A DNA stretch of 64,000 nucleotides from Octopus vulgaris (lineage: Eukaryota): the NCBI GenBank assembly GCA_951406725.2, contig OX597824.1, forward strand, positions 82,832,001-82,896,000, read 5' to 3'. The translations under genes and the position numbers were made by a program. The notes beneath the pieces were generated by a model. That model saw nothing but the letters and a program-made list of their open reading frames with translations. It was not told the origin of the DNA and searched no databases. Of the stretch, positions 1-14,384 are shown in pieces. Numbering within the stretch: the first letter of the stretch is position 1; each line of letters opens with the position of its first letter.

Positions 1-554
1 TTGCTACACGATTTTACCTCACGGATGCTTTTTAGCAAACGCCATCTGATGCATGAGAGAGTTCGATGCAGCTGAAATACTTATATTTTTAATATTTTTA
101 TATTTTTAATTCGGTTTCTAAAATAATTTCCAATTTCAAATTCTAAAAAGCTTGTTTAAGTTTTTTATTAGCTAGATTGGACAAATTTGTTTGGAAATTT
201 GGAAGCTAATGTAATAATCAGATCCGACACATAGAAATTAATTCATTTTTAATTACTGCTAATTTAATAATTTAGACAGCTAAAAGAATCATGTGATTCA
301 AGCAGTGGAGTTAGGAAATATTAAACTGTTTTCAGGAAAGGGTTTAAATCGATGAATTTAAAATATATATTGAAAGTAAAATTTTTATAAAACTACAATA
401 CGTGGCCTTGTGGCATATATATATATATATATATATAGGGTTAGGGTTATCTATATAAACACAAGGCCGTATTTTAATACCACATTAAAGAACTGGAGTG
501 TCTCAATTAGCTTGGCTCGTGTATTTATGAATTTAAATGGATGAAAAACCAATC

Positions 555-609
<55 letters not shown>

Positions 610-845
610 ACCCGTTCAGATACTGAGGGTTTAATTTAAATTCAAGCTATCTACAAGTCCTTCACTTAGTGATGTTTCGTTCCAGGTCGAAAAATTAAAT
701 CTATATGTTATGTATATGATACAATATCTAGCTCATCAAAAGGCGTCAAGGTCGACGTAGCCACTCATCCTTCCGGAGCCAATACAATTAAAATACCAGT
801 CAATCCTGACCAAAAAAAAAAACTGGGCCTCTTACGATTTTGCTC

Positions 846-879
<34 letters not shown>

Positions 880-2426
880 CATGGTTGTGTGCCCGCGTCA
901 TTCATTCATTCATAAAGACTCGCTAGTTTGAAAGTCGATAAATTATAGTACAGCTCCTGCTCAGGTCACGAGATAGTTTTTAAACAAAGAATCTTTACAA
1001 ATAAAGAGGGGAAAACGAAGAATGCTGTGAAATTTACGAACGTTTTTGAAAGATCTAGGCAGGGAAATTATAGTCGGTGGTTATAATATTGTTCCCAACA
1101 AAAGAAAATTTTTTCATTTGTTTTAAAATTTAGCACAAGGCCATATTTTAATGCCAAAATCGCATTCAAATATGGGAAGAAAGAATAAGCTTGGATCGCG
1201 CCTTTGCAGAAATAATGGTGGGAAGAAAAAAAAAATCAATTTTTAATGAATGAAGTGAAGGAAAATCCCTGAGGAAAAGGGGCCTACGCACATTTTATAG
1301 TCGAAGGGGGAACAGCAAAATTAAAACATTCATGCCTTGCTCTGAAGGTTTTTAATTAGAAATTTAACAAAAAGCTGATAATGAATGGATCATTGAATTT
1401 GGTTAGAAATTTCAGCCAAGATTGAATCGAAACGTTTTAGGATTAAATCGCTTCCAGGGAAATGGTTAAAGGGAAATTAGGGGGATAAGGCCGAGGGGGA
1501 GAGGTAAGACAGGGGACTAGTAATTTGAGTTCGAGAGTAGGGTTGTTCTTGTGTAACCCATGATCAGACCCGATCAAGAAAACCTAGGGTAAAAAAGAAT
1601 CCAGCCGTGACCAATCAGTCTTGTTCTGGTACGTTATCCATTATACAAGGATAAAAGGCCAAGCTGACCCGGACAAATTTGAACTCGGAGACGTGGTGTA
1701 TTTTGTCCAACCATCTGAGGGAGATTTGGGTTGCTGTTTCATGAAGGCCACTGAACATTTAGAGGTGTCGTCAGCTCGGATCAAGTGGCATTCCAGCCAT
1801 GACCAACTCGTCGTTTTTTTATTTGCCAAACGCAGTACATCTAAGACAACCTTATTCAATGTTCTGTCCTTTAACTCAGTAGAGTGCAAGCGATTTCAGG
1901 GAGGCTCGGTTATTATTTCTAGCAAATCGAGCGATGAAAAAAGGGAAAAGCGATTTAGGAACGGTTAAGGAGAGGAAGAAATCCAAGCCATTTCCTAAAA
2001 GAATGAAAGGAGAAATACCCGGCAGATAGAAGAAAAGGGATCGAGACATCTGGACGTAGCCAGAAGGGGGAAAATATATATATATTATTACGAGATATAT
2101 ATGTGAGATACAGACAACAAAGGAAAAAGAATGTTCGCTTTCACCTAGAGAGGAATTAGGAAGAAGAAGAGATAGGGAGTAAAAATAAGGTCGATACTTC
2201 TAAGGGAGGAATCGCCATTCCAGTCAGCATAGAAAGAGAAAGGGACAAAGAACAAGAAGGGTTTTCAACCGGCTAAATAGTCTGCAGCTGGTTTTAAGCT
2301 GAAGGAATACGATTCTACATCCAGGAAGGAGGGAAAGGCATCAATGAAAATAAATTATACTACAGATACACATACACATATATATATATATATATTCATA
2401 CATATACACATAAATATATTCATACA

Positions 2427-2462
<36 letters not shown>

Positions 2463-2720
2463 CACACACACACACACACACAAATGCATTGTTCTTTGTA
2501 ACCGGAGATATAAATTAAATCTGTAAATTGCATCTATCACATGATTTTAAATGAGATGTTAAGCCTGTTTAGAAGTGTGTGTGTGTGTGTGTAGACAGAC
2601 AGACAGACAGATAGATATTTATGTACGTGTATAAGGAAATATAGCAATCTTTCTTCAAATTACTATATATATATATACACATATTGTTCTGAATATACTA
2701 AAGTATATTTTCCTTTGTCT

Positions 2721-2779
<59 letters not shown>

Positions 2780-3045
2780 ATTATATATATCGTTTTAATT
2801 AAAGCCTTCTTGCTATCATCACGATATCCAAAATGTTGTTTTACTGATTCTATACAGACGGACTTTTCTACCATACACCCTGGGTAGAACAGAAAAAATG
2901 GGGAGAAAAAGAAGTGGACATATGTTCGGAACAAAAAAAAGGGAGGAGAAGCCCTTTTAATTCCATTCCCCATATGTGAGTAAAAGAAGCACCAATGTAA
3001 AAGTATGACTTCTTAAACTTAACATATAAGTGCCAAAACGCGCGC

Positions 3046-3078
<33 letters not shown>

Positions 3079-3083
3079 TGTGT

Positions 3084-3122
<39 letters not shown>

Positions 3123-3185
3123 ACCCGAATCTCTAGGTCCCTGGGTAATTTGGAACATTTCCAACCCAAAATATGTATTACATGG

Positions 3186-3224
<39 letters not shown>

Positions 3225-3225
3225 C

Positions 3226-3257
<32 letters not shown>

Positions 3258-3301
3258 ATACATATATATACATATATATATATACATACATATATATATA
3301 C

Positions 3302-3334
<33 letters not shown>

Positions 3335-3355
3335 CATATATAACATATATATATA

Positions 3356-3421
<66 letters not shown>

Positions 3422-3450
3422 CATACACATATATATACATATATACATAT

Positions 3451-3485
<35 letters not shown>

Positions 3486-3872
3486 GTAAAGAATGGTGAA
3501 ATATTATAACATAGCAAAAAGCTGAATTAGATCATGTGAAGAATAATAGGAACAATGGTAAGGATGATGACGACGACGATGATGATGATGATGATGATGA
3601 TGATGATCTGCCCAGTCACACTAAGATATTATTAAGAGGGAGAGAATGAGAGAGACAACAGAAAATTAGAGAGAGGGTGAAGAAAGAGAGGTGACATGTG
3701 ACGGCGCCATTCTCTCTCTCTCTCTCTCTCTCTGCCAAAAAGACCAGATTCCTTCTTTTTTTGTAATGGAACCAATTTAGAACTTCGGTATTAATTTTTC
3801 CTCACACAGCTCTCTATTACGTTTGCTGTCTTCAGAAATACATCCAACTTGAAGAATTTTAGGGAAATAAAT

Positions 3873-3922
<50 letters not shown>

Positions 3923-3966
3923 CTTATATAATATACATACAATATACTGTATATTATGTAAATATG

Positions 3967-4021
<55 letters not shown>

Positions 4022-4172
4022 CATATACTGCGTATATTATGTATATTCATACTGTAGTGTGTGTGTGTGAATATATATATATATATATATATGAATATAC
4101 ATATATGATATATATATATATAGATGAATACATATATATATATGATATATATATATATAATATATATATATA

Positions 4173-4286
<114 letters not shown>

Positions 4287-4853
4287 CATATGTATGATGT
4301 GTGTATGTGTAATTTCTCCATACTAATTCTTCCAAATACATCCAATTTTCGCATTCAAAGAACAAATATATATATAAAAATATATATATATATCAGACTT
4401 CTTCGCTTCCGTCTTGGTGTGTGTGTGTGTGTGTGTGTGTGTAAATATATCATCTTTGTGTGTGTTATAATATATATCCATACAAAACATCCATCAAGGT
4501 ATTCCGAAATAATTGAAAATGCGTAATACTTTTTTCCCTTCGACAAAACAGGGTCACTTAAAGGTGACTACGAAAAATTCCATTTGTTGTAAGCTGCTCT
4601 GTGTGTGTCTTAACATTTTCCCCTACCGCAATAAAGAAAAGATCTGTCCTGATCCAAACAGACACATGACGAAAGACGTTCCAATCGTGACTATCACGTC
4701 ATTTTTTTTTTAATACTTCCTTTTTTTCTTCTTCTTTTTCTGGGTTTTTTTTCTGGACTATTGGACTACTTTTATCCAATGATTTCTTTTTTTTTATGTA
4801 TATACTAGGTTGTGATTTGGCTGTTATATAAGCCAGTGTGTATGTATATATAC

Positions 4854-4894
<41 letters not shown>

Positions 4895-5046
4895 TATATT
4901 TGCATGTATGTATATGTGTGTGCTTATGTGTTGTATATATATATATATTATATATATATATTTGTATGTGTGTGTATAGATGTATGTATAGGTGCGTGCT
5001 TATATGTGTTGTATATATATATGGATAATTATCAATTATTCAATGG

Positions 5047-5078
<32 letters not shown>

Positions 5079-5569
5079 ATATATATGTATTTATATATTG
5101 CTTGTATGTATCTGTGTGTAAATGCAGAATATGTGTGTAGAAATTTGGCTTCTTCCTTTGTGTGGAAGTTTAAGGAAAACATATGTATATATAAGAAAGA
5201 AGAAGTAGAAAAAAATGGCACAGAAGAGAGTTTTGATAATTTTTAGTCGTAGATATTCCGCTCTTCACAGAACAAATACTCATGAATCGAGCGACGCCAA
5301 GAGAAATCGGTAATTCCAACATTGAAAAGGGTTGTAAGAGACCTTTGTTCCCACGAAGAAAAGGGGATTGAAGAGAAGAAAAGTATAGATAAAACGTAAA
5401 ATTTGTAGGCAAAAAGAAAGACCCCGGTCAGAGCAAATTTCGACTAAAGCCATCTTCTTCCTTGTGATTCGAGTCTTGTGCTTTGCCAGCCCGGTAACAT
5501 CAAGGGAGGTAAGTAGGTTGCCGCTACTGATGAATTAACATCGTGAAGGATACATACACAGATATATAA

Positions 5570-5632
<63 letters not shown>

Positions 5633-5894
5633 TATATAGATATATATATATATATATAAGATATATATATATATAAGATATATATATATATAAGATATAT
5701 ATATATATATAAGATATAAGATATAAGATATATATATATATGTATGTGTGATATACACTGATACTATATATATATGGCTATCTCTCTGTCTCTCTATATA
5801 TATATGTATATACATACACTCATATGAAGACAACATACTCTAGTATATAATATACATATATATGTATTTAAAGTGAAAAGATCCACAAATATAT

Positions 5895-5972
<78 letters not shown>

Positions 5973-6087
5973 GTATATATGCGCATGCTCTGCATGCGTG
6001 GGTGGGCTGAAGACATTTCATAGCTTTTTACGCACATATATATATACATATGTAACAAAGTAGTGTGTGTGTGTGTTTATATATATA

Positions 6088-6119
<32 letters not shown>

Positions 6120-6723
6120 CGCTGAGCTATCAGCATGCGTGGGTGGGTTAAAGATGTATTTGGCGCCTGAGTGAGCTGGGGACGATGGCAGGCAGAGATA
6201 ATAGTAATAAAAAAGAAAATAAGAGAGGTTTGCTGGTAATGGTGTTTGGATATAGAGAATGTAAAGAATTTTGGTGGATCTGAGAACAAGAGCACATGAC
6301 TTGCGTATAATTAGGACACACACATTCACACACACACACATATATATACAGTATACATACTATATATGAGTAGTTTAGTCTCTGTTATCTGTAGCTTTCT
6401 GTAAGTCAAAATGCAGGGGCAGAATAATAACGGACCACAAGTTGACATTAGGGGGAGTTTTTCGATTAACGAAACAGGAATGTGGAATCTATCAGGGAAA
6501 TATGGAGAAAATATTTGCGAAACTGTAAAGGAATTTAGTGTCATTTCACGATTCTTAAAGTGGAAACGGAAGTTTTTATACACCCGGATTTGGCAAGAAA
6601 AATATGTCCCTCGGAGCTGTTAAAACAACTAACTAAAAATTTGATAAATTTTTTCCTGTTTCAAAACAATGCAAAATACAAAAATATTTATTTTTGAAAA
6701 TATAACACAATTTTAAAGAAATA

Positions 6724-6860
<137 letters not shown>

Positions 6861-7840
6861 CATGTATGCATTATGTCCATTCTGAAATTAAGCATAATTT
6901 GTTTCATCGTTTTTTTTGTCTTTGTTTTTCTTGACTAAATTAATAAATAGCTTCGAAGTCAGTTTTTCATAAAATGAGGGAATATTTTAGCTCTCTTTTC
7001 TATTATTCATTTATAAGATTTTAAAGTTTGATGTTAATATTTAAAAAAGAAAAGAAAGCCATATGGATGAAGATGCTGAAAATGGTATTCATTTATCATC
7101 TTCACGTCATTCCTTTCATACTGTTTTGTCAAACTTAATGGTTTTGATTTAATTCCTGTGATTTTAATTAAATGTTAATTTAACATGATTTAACGCGATT
7201 TTTCTTTCATTCAAACAGACTCCAATGCATTTAAATGTATATTTGCCAACGTATACTTAAGTGTATAAAATTGATGTATTCTATTGAGGACAAGGTCAAA
7301 TGAACAACTGGTATTTGGAGTTTTAAATTAAATGCTTTATATGTCTATATATACAAACTGATCGCGTTGAAAAACAAAATAGAAAAAAACGAACATGTTA
7401 TGCTTCAGTTATTTAGGAAGTTTAAAACGTATGGCCTAGATAAATGAAATATTTGTTCCGATTTATATATAAGTTTATTTGCGTGGGGGGTGGAAATTAA
7501 AATCGATATCTTTTTTTGTACATGGAGAATGAAATCCCAAATTTTATAGTACAAAAAAAAACTAACAGTGCAAACACCAATCGAAGAAGGAAAACATGTA
7601 AATAACATTCAAAGGATTAAGATTGAGATATTAAAAAAAAAAAAAAATTTCCTCTCGATATTAACAGAGAAGAAAAAAAATTTTTTTTCAATGAGAGATA
7701 TTAGGAAGAATTTGGAGAAAAAGTCTTGTGACACTTTCAAAGCAGGGGAGATAAATTAATATAAAAATAGAGACGTAGGTGGCGATAGTGTGAAATGAGC
7801 AGAGTTCAAGGTGACATAAATACAGAATTCTTATAACTTT

Positions 7841-7866
7841 TACAGTACAGCTGATGGCCTATGTAC

Positions 7867-7910
<44 letters not shown>

Positions 7911-7948
7911 GTCTACATCAACGTACACGGGCCATCAGCTGTACTGTA
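7841..7948. mobile_element. Small MITE-like inverted repeat (Tc1/mariner-type ends)
   Basis: TA|CAGTACAGCTGATGGCC ... GGCCATCAGCTGTACTG|TA: perfect 17-bp TIRs beginning CAGT, flanked by TA, around a (TA)n core. Confidence 0.55.
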
Positions 7949-8075
7949 TATATAATTTTTTAAAATCTTAGGGTAGCAAAAATATTTATAAAAAATTCTT
8001 TGCTACCAGTGGTCGAGTGAGAAGGAAAAATTTAGTCAATAGACTATATATTATTCATAGAAAAATACAGTGCAC

Positions 8076-8274
8076 ATTCAAACACATAAGAGATAGCCAA
8101 ATAATAGGATATCTGACTCACTAGAAATAGCAGTTAAAACTCCAAGCTACTATTAGTTTAATCACTTTTCCTGCATATCTGTACTTCAAATAAATATTAG
8201 TGGCTTCGAGTTTTAACTGCTCTTTCTAGTGAGTCAGATATCCTATTATTTGGTTATCTCTTATGTGTTTGAAT
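8076..8274. repeat. Long inverted repeat (about 80-bp arms, about 30-nt spacer)
   Basis: ATTCAAACACATAAGAGATAGCCAAATAATAGGATATCTGACTCACTAGAAATAGCAGTTAAAACTC is reverse-complemented at about 8208-8274 with two mismatches, and weaker pairing continues inward. Confidence 0.9.
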
Positions 8275-9862
8275 ATATATATATAGTATGTGTGTATGTA
8301 GTATACTGCACACATGTATTCTCAACACAGTCGCTTGATATGCTGGAAATGCAAACCACACACACTACTGCCCTCAAAGAATGGAAGAACACTTTGAATA
8401 ATTTAGTCCTAAAGACACTATGAAAACATAACACTATAAGGTGACTGCAGTTGAAAAACTTCTGACATCAGGATTCTCGATAGGGGTCACCTAGGGCTAA
8501 AGAGCAACACCCGATAATGTCGTTGAAAAAACTCAACACGATCGCTAGTCGTTTTAGAAATAGCAGCTAAACCACTCTTCACTGGTGTTCTAACTGCTTT
8601 GGAAAGCAATAGCCCAACAAACTTCTAAACACCGAAATCCTTTTGAATATAGTTCAGATGGATCAGAGCTGATCAGGAGCTAAACGACCAGACAACTACA
8701 TACATTAGATATATGCAGGCCACACCTCACATTTGGAGCCAACGATGAAGCCTCTACGGGGTCGTTCAAAATGCTAGAAATAACAGAAAAGTTATTCCGT
8801 GTAATCAAACCTAACACCCTTTCAAAATCGCTATACATTGTATAGCTTCTCGGGTTACAGTGTAAATGAATAAGAGACGAGATAGTCTTGGTTAGAATGC
8901 TCTTGTTATTAACAAAGGTGTGTGACATGGGCAAAATAACAAAGGCAATCACTACCCACTCGCACGCGTACATCACACATACACCACAAACCGCACATAC
9001 TAAAAATAAACCAGAAATAACACACATACACCTACTGATTTTACCTGACTGAAAATAACTGAAACGCAAATTAATTTTAGATCGATTAAACAATTGTACA
9101 AATGCACAAGTGCGCATACGAATATATGGAAATAGAGAGAGAGATACACAAAGGTTGGTTGAGATTTGGCAGATAAACGAGGAAGTACTCAATACATGTT
9201 CTATATTTGGTTTATTCAAACTAAGCATACATACTCGCACACAAACATTTAATGAAGGATTAAAAGCATGTATTTTAACACCTCGAATTTCGTTTATGGT
9301 AAATTGTATAATATAGAACAGTGTCTTAATTATCACAAAACTCGCTAATTTGGAGCGCAATTTGATAGACTATTTAAGAGAATTAACAATAGGGGTAACA
9401 AGCTAACAATATCATTCGTTAGGGGATCTGTTGAAGGGAGAGAGATGTCATGCGGTATTTGTTCCGATTTTTTACATTCTGAGTTCAAATTCCATGGAGG
9501 GCAACTTTGCTTTTCATCCCTCCGGGGTCGAAAAAATTAAATACCAGTCTGGTACTAGGGTTGAAGCAATCAACAAACACTTTCTCCTAAAATTTGTTGG
9601 CTTTGAGGATAAATTAGAAACATGTTAGGAACAGACGATGTAAGAAGGAAATTGCTCGCCCAATATTGTTAAGTACAAGCTGTCAATACCCCCTTAGCAT
9701 CATTATAGACTCGGGCTGAATAAACCAATGTACTGGGGCCCTATAGTGTCCATTAGCAGCAATCCACAGCATACATAGAATAAAATCGGGACCCTAGATC
9801 CGTGGGGTCCCTGGCCAGCCCTGTTAATAAGAGGTAAGAACTATGTAGCCCTGTATTATATT

Positions 9863-10093
9863 CATTTCGTTACTACCCACAAGGGGCTAAACACAGAGGG
9901 GATAAACAAGGACAGACAAACGGATTAAGTCGATTACATCGACCCCAGTGCGTAACTGGTACTTAATTTATCGACCCCGAAAGGATGAAAGGCAAAGTCG
10001 ACCTCGGCGGAATTTGAACCCAGAACGTAACGGCAGACGAAATACGGCTACGCATTTCGCCTGGCGTGCTAACGTTTCTGCCAGCTCGCCGCC
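9863..10093 (-). mobile_element. Full-length tRNA-derived SINE, family B (GGCGGCGAGCTGGCAGAA... head)
   Basis: Sense strand has A-box-like GAGCTGGCAGAA, B-box GGTTCAAATTCC, central GCCTTTCATCCTTTCGGGGTCGATAAATTAAGTACCAG block and tail GCCCCTTGTGGGTAGTAA. It is flanked by a direct repeat CTGTATTATATT (9851-9862 and 10094-10105), read as a TSD. Confidence 0.9.
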
Positions 10094-10496
10094 CTGTATT
10101 ATATTATTTAGATACAGAGTTCAAATAACGCCGAAGTCAAGCTTTTCTTCCATCCTTTCGGGGTCGATAAAAAAAAAAAAAGCATCACAGTTGTGCCCTG
10201 GATTTCGATGTATTCGATTCCCTCTACCCTCAAAATTGTTGCACTTGTGCCAAAATTAAAAAAGGATTATTAGATAGACTTTGTAAGTCTATCAATAATG
10301 TTGGTGACCCTACATAATTGCAAAACTTACATGAAAATTTATTTCAAGTACAGATATGCAGATAAGTGGTAAAACTAGGTTTTTCGTTTCGTTCTGCATA
10401 TATATATATATATATACGTTATTAAAAGCAGTAGAAAATCACAAAAACTGTCAGTTTTATGTTCCCATTTGTCGGGCAGGGTAGAATATATATATG

Positions 10497-10577
<81 letters not shown>

Positions 10578-10821
10578 GAATTAATAATAAAAGGGTAAAA
10601 TTAATCTAATTAATTAATCAATCAATCAATTAATAATTTTACCAATGATTCATTATTTTTCTCTTTGCCTACGTAAAAAAATAAAGTTACTGTCTGGGAG
10701 ATTCTTACGGTAGTAGAAAAGGAATTTTAACTCCTATTTCTAAATTCGGTAGCAGACTCCTAATTATAATTATGTTTATGATTATAGAATATTTGAGTAT
10801 ATATATATATATGTATGTATG

Positions 10822-10870
<49 letters not shown>

Positions 10871-10889
10871 ATATATGTATGTATGTATG

Positions 10890-10921
<32 letters not shown>

Positions 10922-12992
10922 TGTATGTATGTATGTATGTATGTATGTATGTATGTATGTATGTGTGCGTGTAATTATAATTACTATTTGTCACCAATGC
11001 TAACATTACTCCTTAGTAAGTTATGTGAGGGTTTGCGGTTGTTTACGAACTTGCCTTTATTTCTATTTTAGCAAAGGTGCGGACAAATGATGAGGTAAGT
11101 TTTACCGAATGCCTCCTTTGACCTCGATAAATGCACCTTGAGTTTTTTTTTTTTTATATATATATATTTCTTCCTGATCAAAGCGAGCATAATTTATTCC
11201 ATTCCATATGTCGTTACGCATTACATACATACATACACGTGAGAGCGACATAGACATCTGTGTGTGTATATACAAATATGTATCCGTGCCTCTGTGTGTG
11301 TGTGTGTTTATGGGTGCATAAGCTTGTATGTATGTATGTATGTAAAATAATAAATAAAGGTGCGCCAGCTCTTCGTGAGATTGCCAACTAATGTTGAACG
11401 CAATGACACTAGATCCAAACAAACGAATCGGACTTCAAAACATCCGGAGACTGACACCCAACACCGGTTGGTTGCTAACCACACAGCGAACGTTGTCAAA
11501 GATACCATGCACCAGTTTGTTACCCAAAGCTATGTTGCGTAAATAAATACCCTCAAATCACACCCTATCGTCTGAAAACATGACGAAGGCTACATTATTA
11601 AATGCTGATATTAATGATTTGATTTATTGCACGATAACATTTAATAATGTTCCTATAATATATATACAGGTGTTTTCGTATATAATCAACGTGCGATGTC
11701 TATAGGTATATGTTTGTACACACACGCACGTGAGCGCGCTCGAGTACATGCGTTCATGTTTTTTGTATCGCTGTGGAATTTAGGGCCCAGAATGGAAGAA
11801 CTCATTGGATACTGTACTCTTCGGTAGACTATGCCTAGGGAAAAAGAGGGTCATAGCTGAAACATCTTTGACCGCAAATCTGTTCAGTCAGGTCCGAATT
11901 AGGGCTAAGCAACAACAGCTAAATATTTTACAGGCCCCGAGGAGCCAGTAAAATGCAAAATTCACCCAGGCAGATATTGAACTCGGCATGTTAAATTATG
12001 GAAGTTAATAGCGCAAAAAGCATTTAGTCCAACGCGCTTCCGATTCTGCATTCAAAAAAAAAAAAAAAAAGACTCGCCCTGCTAGAAATAGCAGTTAATT
12101 CTCAATCAAATCACAAGTGACAGTCTCAGAAAATGGTCCCCAGTTCCTTGCACACGAATGGCGCCAAAATACAAAAATGAACGAGGCTAACAAGGGAGCC
12201 CCTTTCGTGATTGATCGACTAGAAATCGCAGTCAAATCGCTCTCAAATTGCACTCTACGGACTTCAGAAAAAGAAGGACACATGGATGTTCCGACTGACA
12301 CAAGTACTGAAGGAAAATAAAAAAATTAAAAATTAAAAAAAGGAAAGAAATCAAATAAATAAATACGTGGCATGGTTCTTCGGCTTCAAATGCTTTTAAA
12401 GGTTAAGTCTGTCTCCTCGACAAGAATCGACTTGGCGTTAAAGAACAAAAACAATAACACGCAATAATAATCGAAACACAGGTAAGAGAGAGAAGAGAGC
12501 GGTTTGGCTTGAAGTCCAGTGAAACGATTCTGATAATGAAACCCATACTACAAAGGTTTTATAAACTTTAAGTCACGTGCTTAGGTAATAAGTTTTAAAT
12601 AACCCTTCGTGTTTCCGCTACGTCACTGCTATTACAACTAAACTACAGGTTGCTTGTACATAAAATGAAAGTGTTTATTACTCGTATATGTAACGCCTGC
12701 GTGTGAAGATACATATACGTTCAGTCTAGCGAAGACTAAGAAGACGATACTTTTTAAAAACTTTTACGTTGTAACAATAAATGTGATAATCAGATTTATC
12801 GAACGATAAATTAATGTCAATTAATGTCATTTTTTTGTTTTTTGTATTTTGTATGTATATGCATTCATTCTTAGTGTTCGTGCACACACGAACGTGTAAT
12901 TTCTGCCTATCAAAAATTATACACACACACACAAACATATATATATATATATAACAATGATAAATCTCAGAGCGAGTTATATATGCATCACG

Positions 12993-13025
<33 letters not shown>

Positions 13026-13926
13026 AATCAAATCCATTTGATAGATTCACATGTCAAAATAATTGTGCGGTATGTTCCACAAATCCACATGTGAACTGCA
13101 AAACCAAGAGCACTGTATACCAATATATATATATATATATATGTACACGCGCACATATTATATATACACATGCACACTGTTAACAATATATAATCACGGA
13201 TCATGAATAAATAAATATTATACAAGGCTCATATTCTAATAAGCATTTAGTTTCTCGGGGCAAATTAGGAGCTAATACACGCGCGCAAAAATGAATAAAT
13301 AATTATAAAAAGCAACAGCGAAACGAAGTACCGCGCAGCGAAACGAAACGATACTAATTGACGATAAACATTTTAGAAAGCTCCCTGGCAATTGCTTCTC
13401 TTTCTCTCTCTACTTCTTTTACATTCGTGCTGGTTTATTTACAAAACAATATCACATGTTGAAGCAAGATTTTCGTTGTTTATTTTCTTCTTTCTATCTT
13501 ATTTTCATATTCTTATCGTTACTTTCTGGTTACGTTTTATCGTTTTGGGGTACTTTTTATCGTTAGTTTTGGGTTATTTTTTTATCGTTTACTGTCATCA
13601 TGTTCCTATCATTACGTTATTTTTTTTCTTCGTTTTTCAATATTTTATCGTTACTTTGTTTTGTTTTTCTTCTGTTTCTTTGCAAATAAATAACAACAAG
13701 CAAGCATATACATAGAAGGAAATGAGTTTGCGTAACATACATGCTTTGAAAAATGCGTTTGTGTAACAGTCATGCCTTGAAAACACAATTTTCTGCAAGA
13801 GAAGAATTTCGTGCGGATGGGTGAGGTGACATACATGGGAAAATAGTCTGTAGCTATATTAGCTGGCTTCATTTTTGACCCCTCTCTCTCTTCATTTGTT
13901 GTTTAGCATTAAGGACTTTGAAAGCA

Positions 13927-14384
13927 CTCCAGCCTATGCCGTGTTAAGGCACGGCACATTGGAAAGTTTTCCGAGTGGGCTCGCGGGTTTAGAGACCCAA
14001 GAACTCCAACCTATGCTGTGTTAAGGCACGGCTTACTGGGAAATTTTCAGAGTGGGCTCGCGGGTTTAGAGACCCAAGAACTCCAACTTATGCTGTGTTA
14101 AGGCACGGCTTGTTGGGAAGTTTTCCGAGTGGGCTGGCGGGTTTAGAGACCCAAGAACTCCAACCCATGCCGTGTTAAGGCACGGCTTATTGGGAAGTTT
14201 TCCGAGTGGGCTAGCGGGTTTAGAGACCCAAGAACTCCAACCCATGCCGTGTTAAGGCACGGCTTATTGGGGAAATTTTCCGAGTGGGCTCGCGGGTTTA
14301 GAGACCCAAGAACTCCAACCCATGCCGTGTTAAGGCACGGCTTATTGGGAAGTTTTCCGAGTGGGTTCGCAGTTTTAGAGACCT
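13927..14384. repeat. 77-bp GC-rich minisatellite, 6 copies
   Basis: Unit CTCCAACCCATGCCGTGTTAAGGCACGGCTTATTGGGAAGTTTTCCGAGTGGGCTCGCGGGTTTAGAGACCCAAGAA; starts at 13927, 14004, 14081, 14158, 14235, 14313. Confidence 0.95.

Noticed and set aside
8680-9360. 226-aa minus-strand ORF
   Set aside because: Non-ATG start, intron-like composition, overlaps old repeat relics, no recognisable domain.
10980-11015. Possible BH3 exon (minus strand [10 protein letters not shown])
   Set aside because: Wrong L-to-GD spacing, immediate stop codon and no acceptor.
13927-14384. CRISPR array or known ribozyme array
   Set aside because: No unique spacers, no cas genes, eukaryotic context. A partial twister-like look (TTAACAC...GGGTCTCTAAACCC on the minus strand) lacks the AAGC loop, P2 partner and GAGGG elements.
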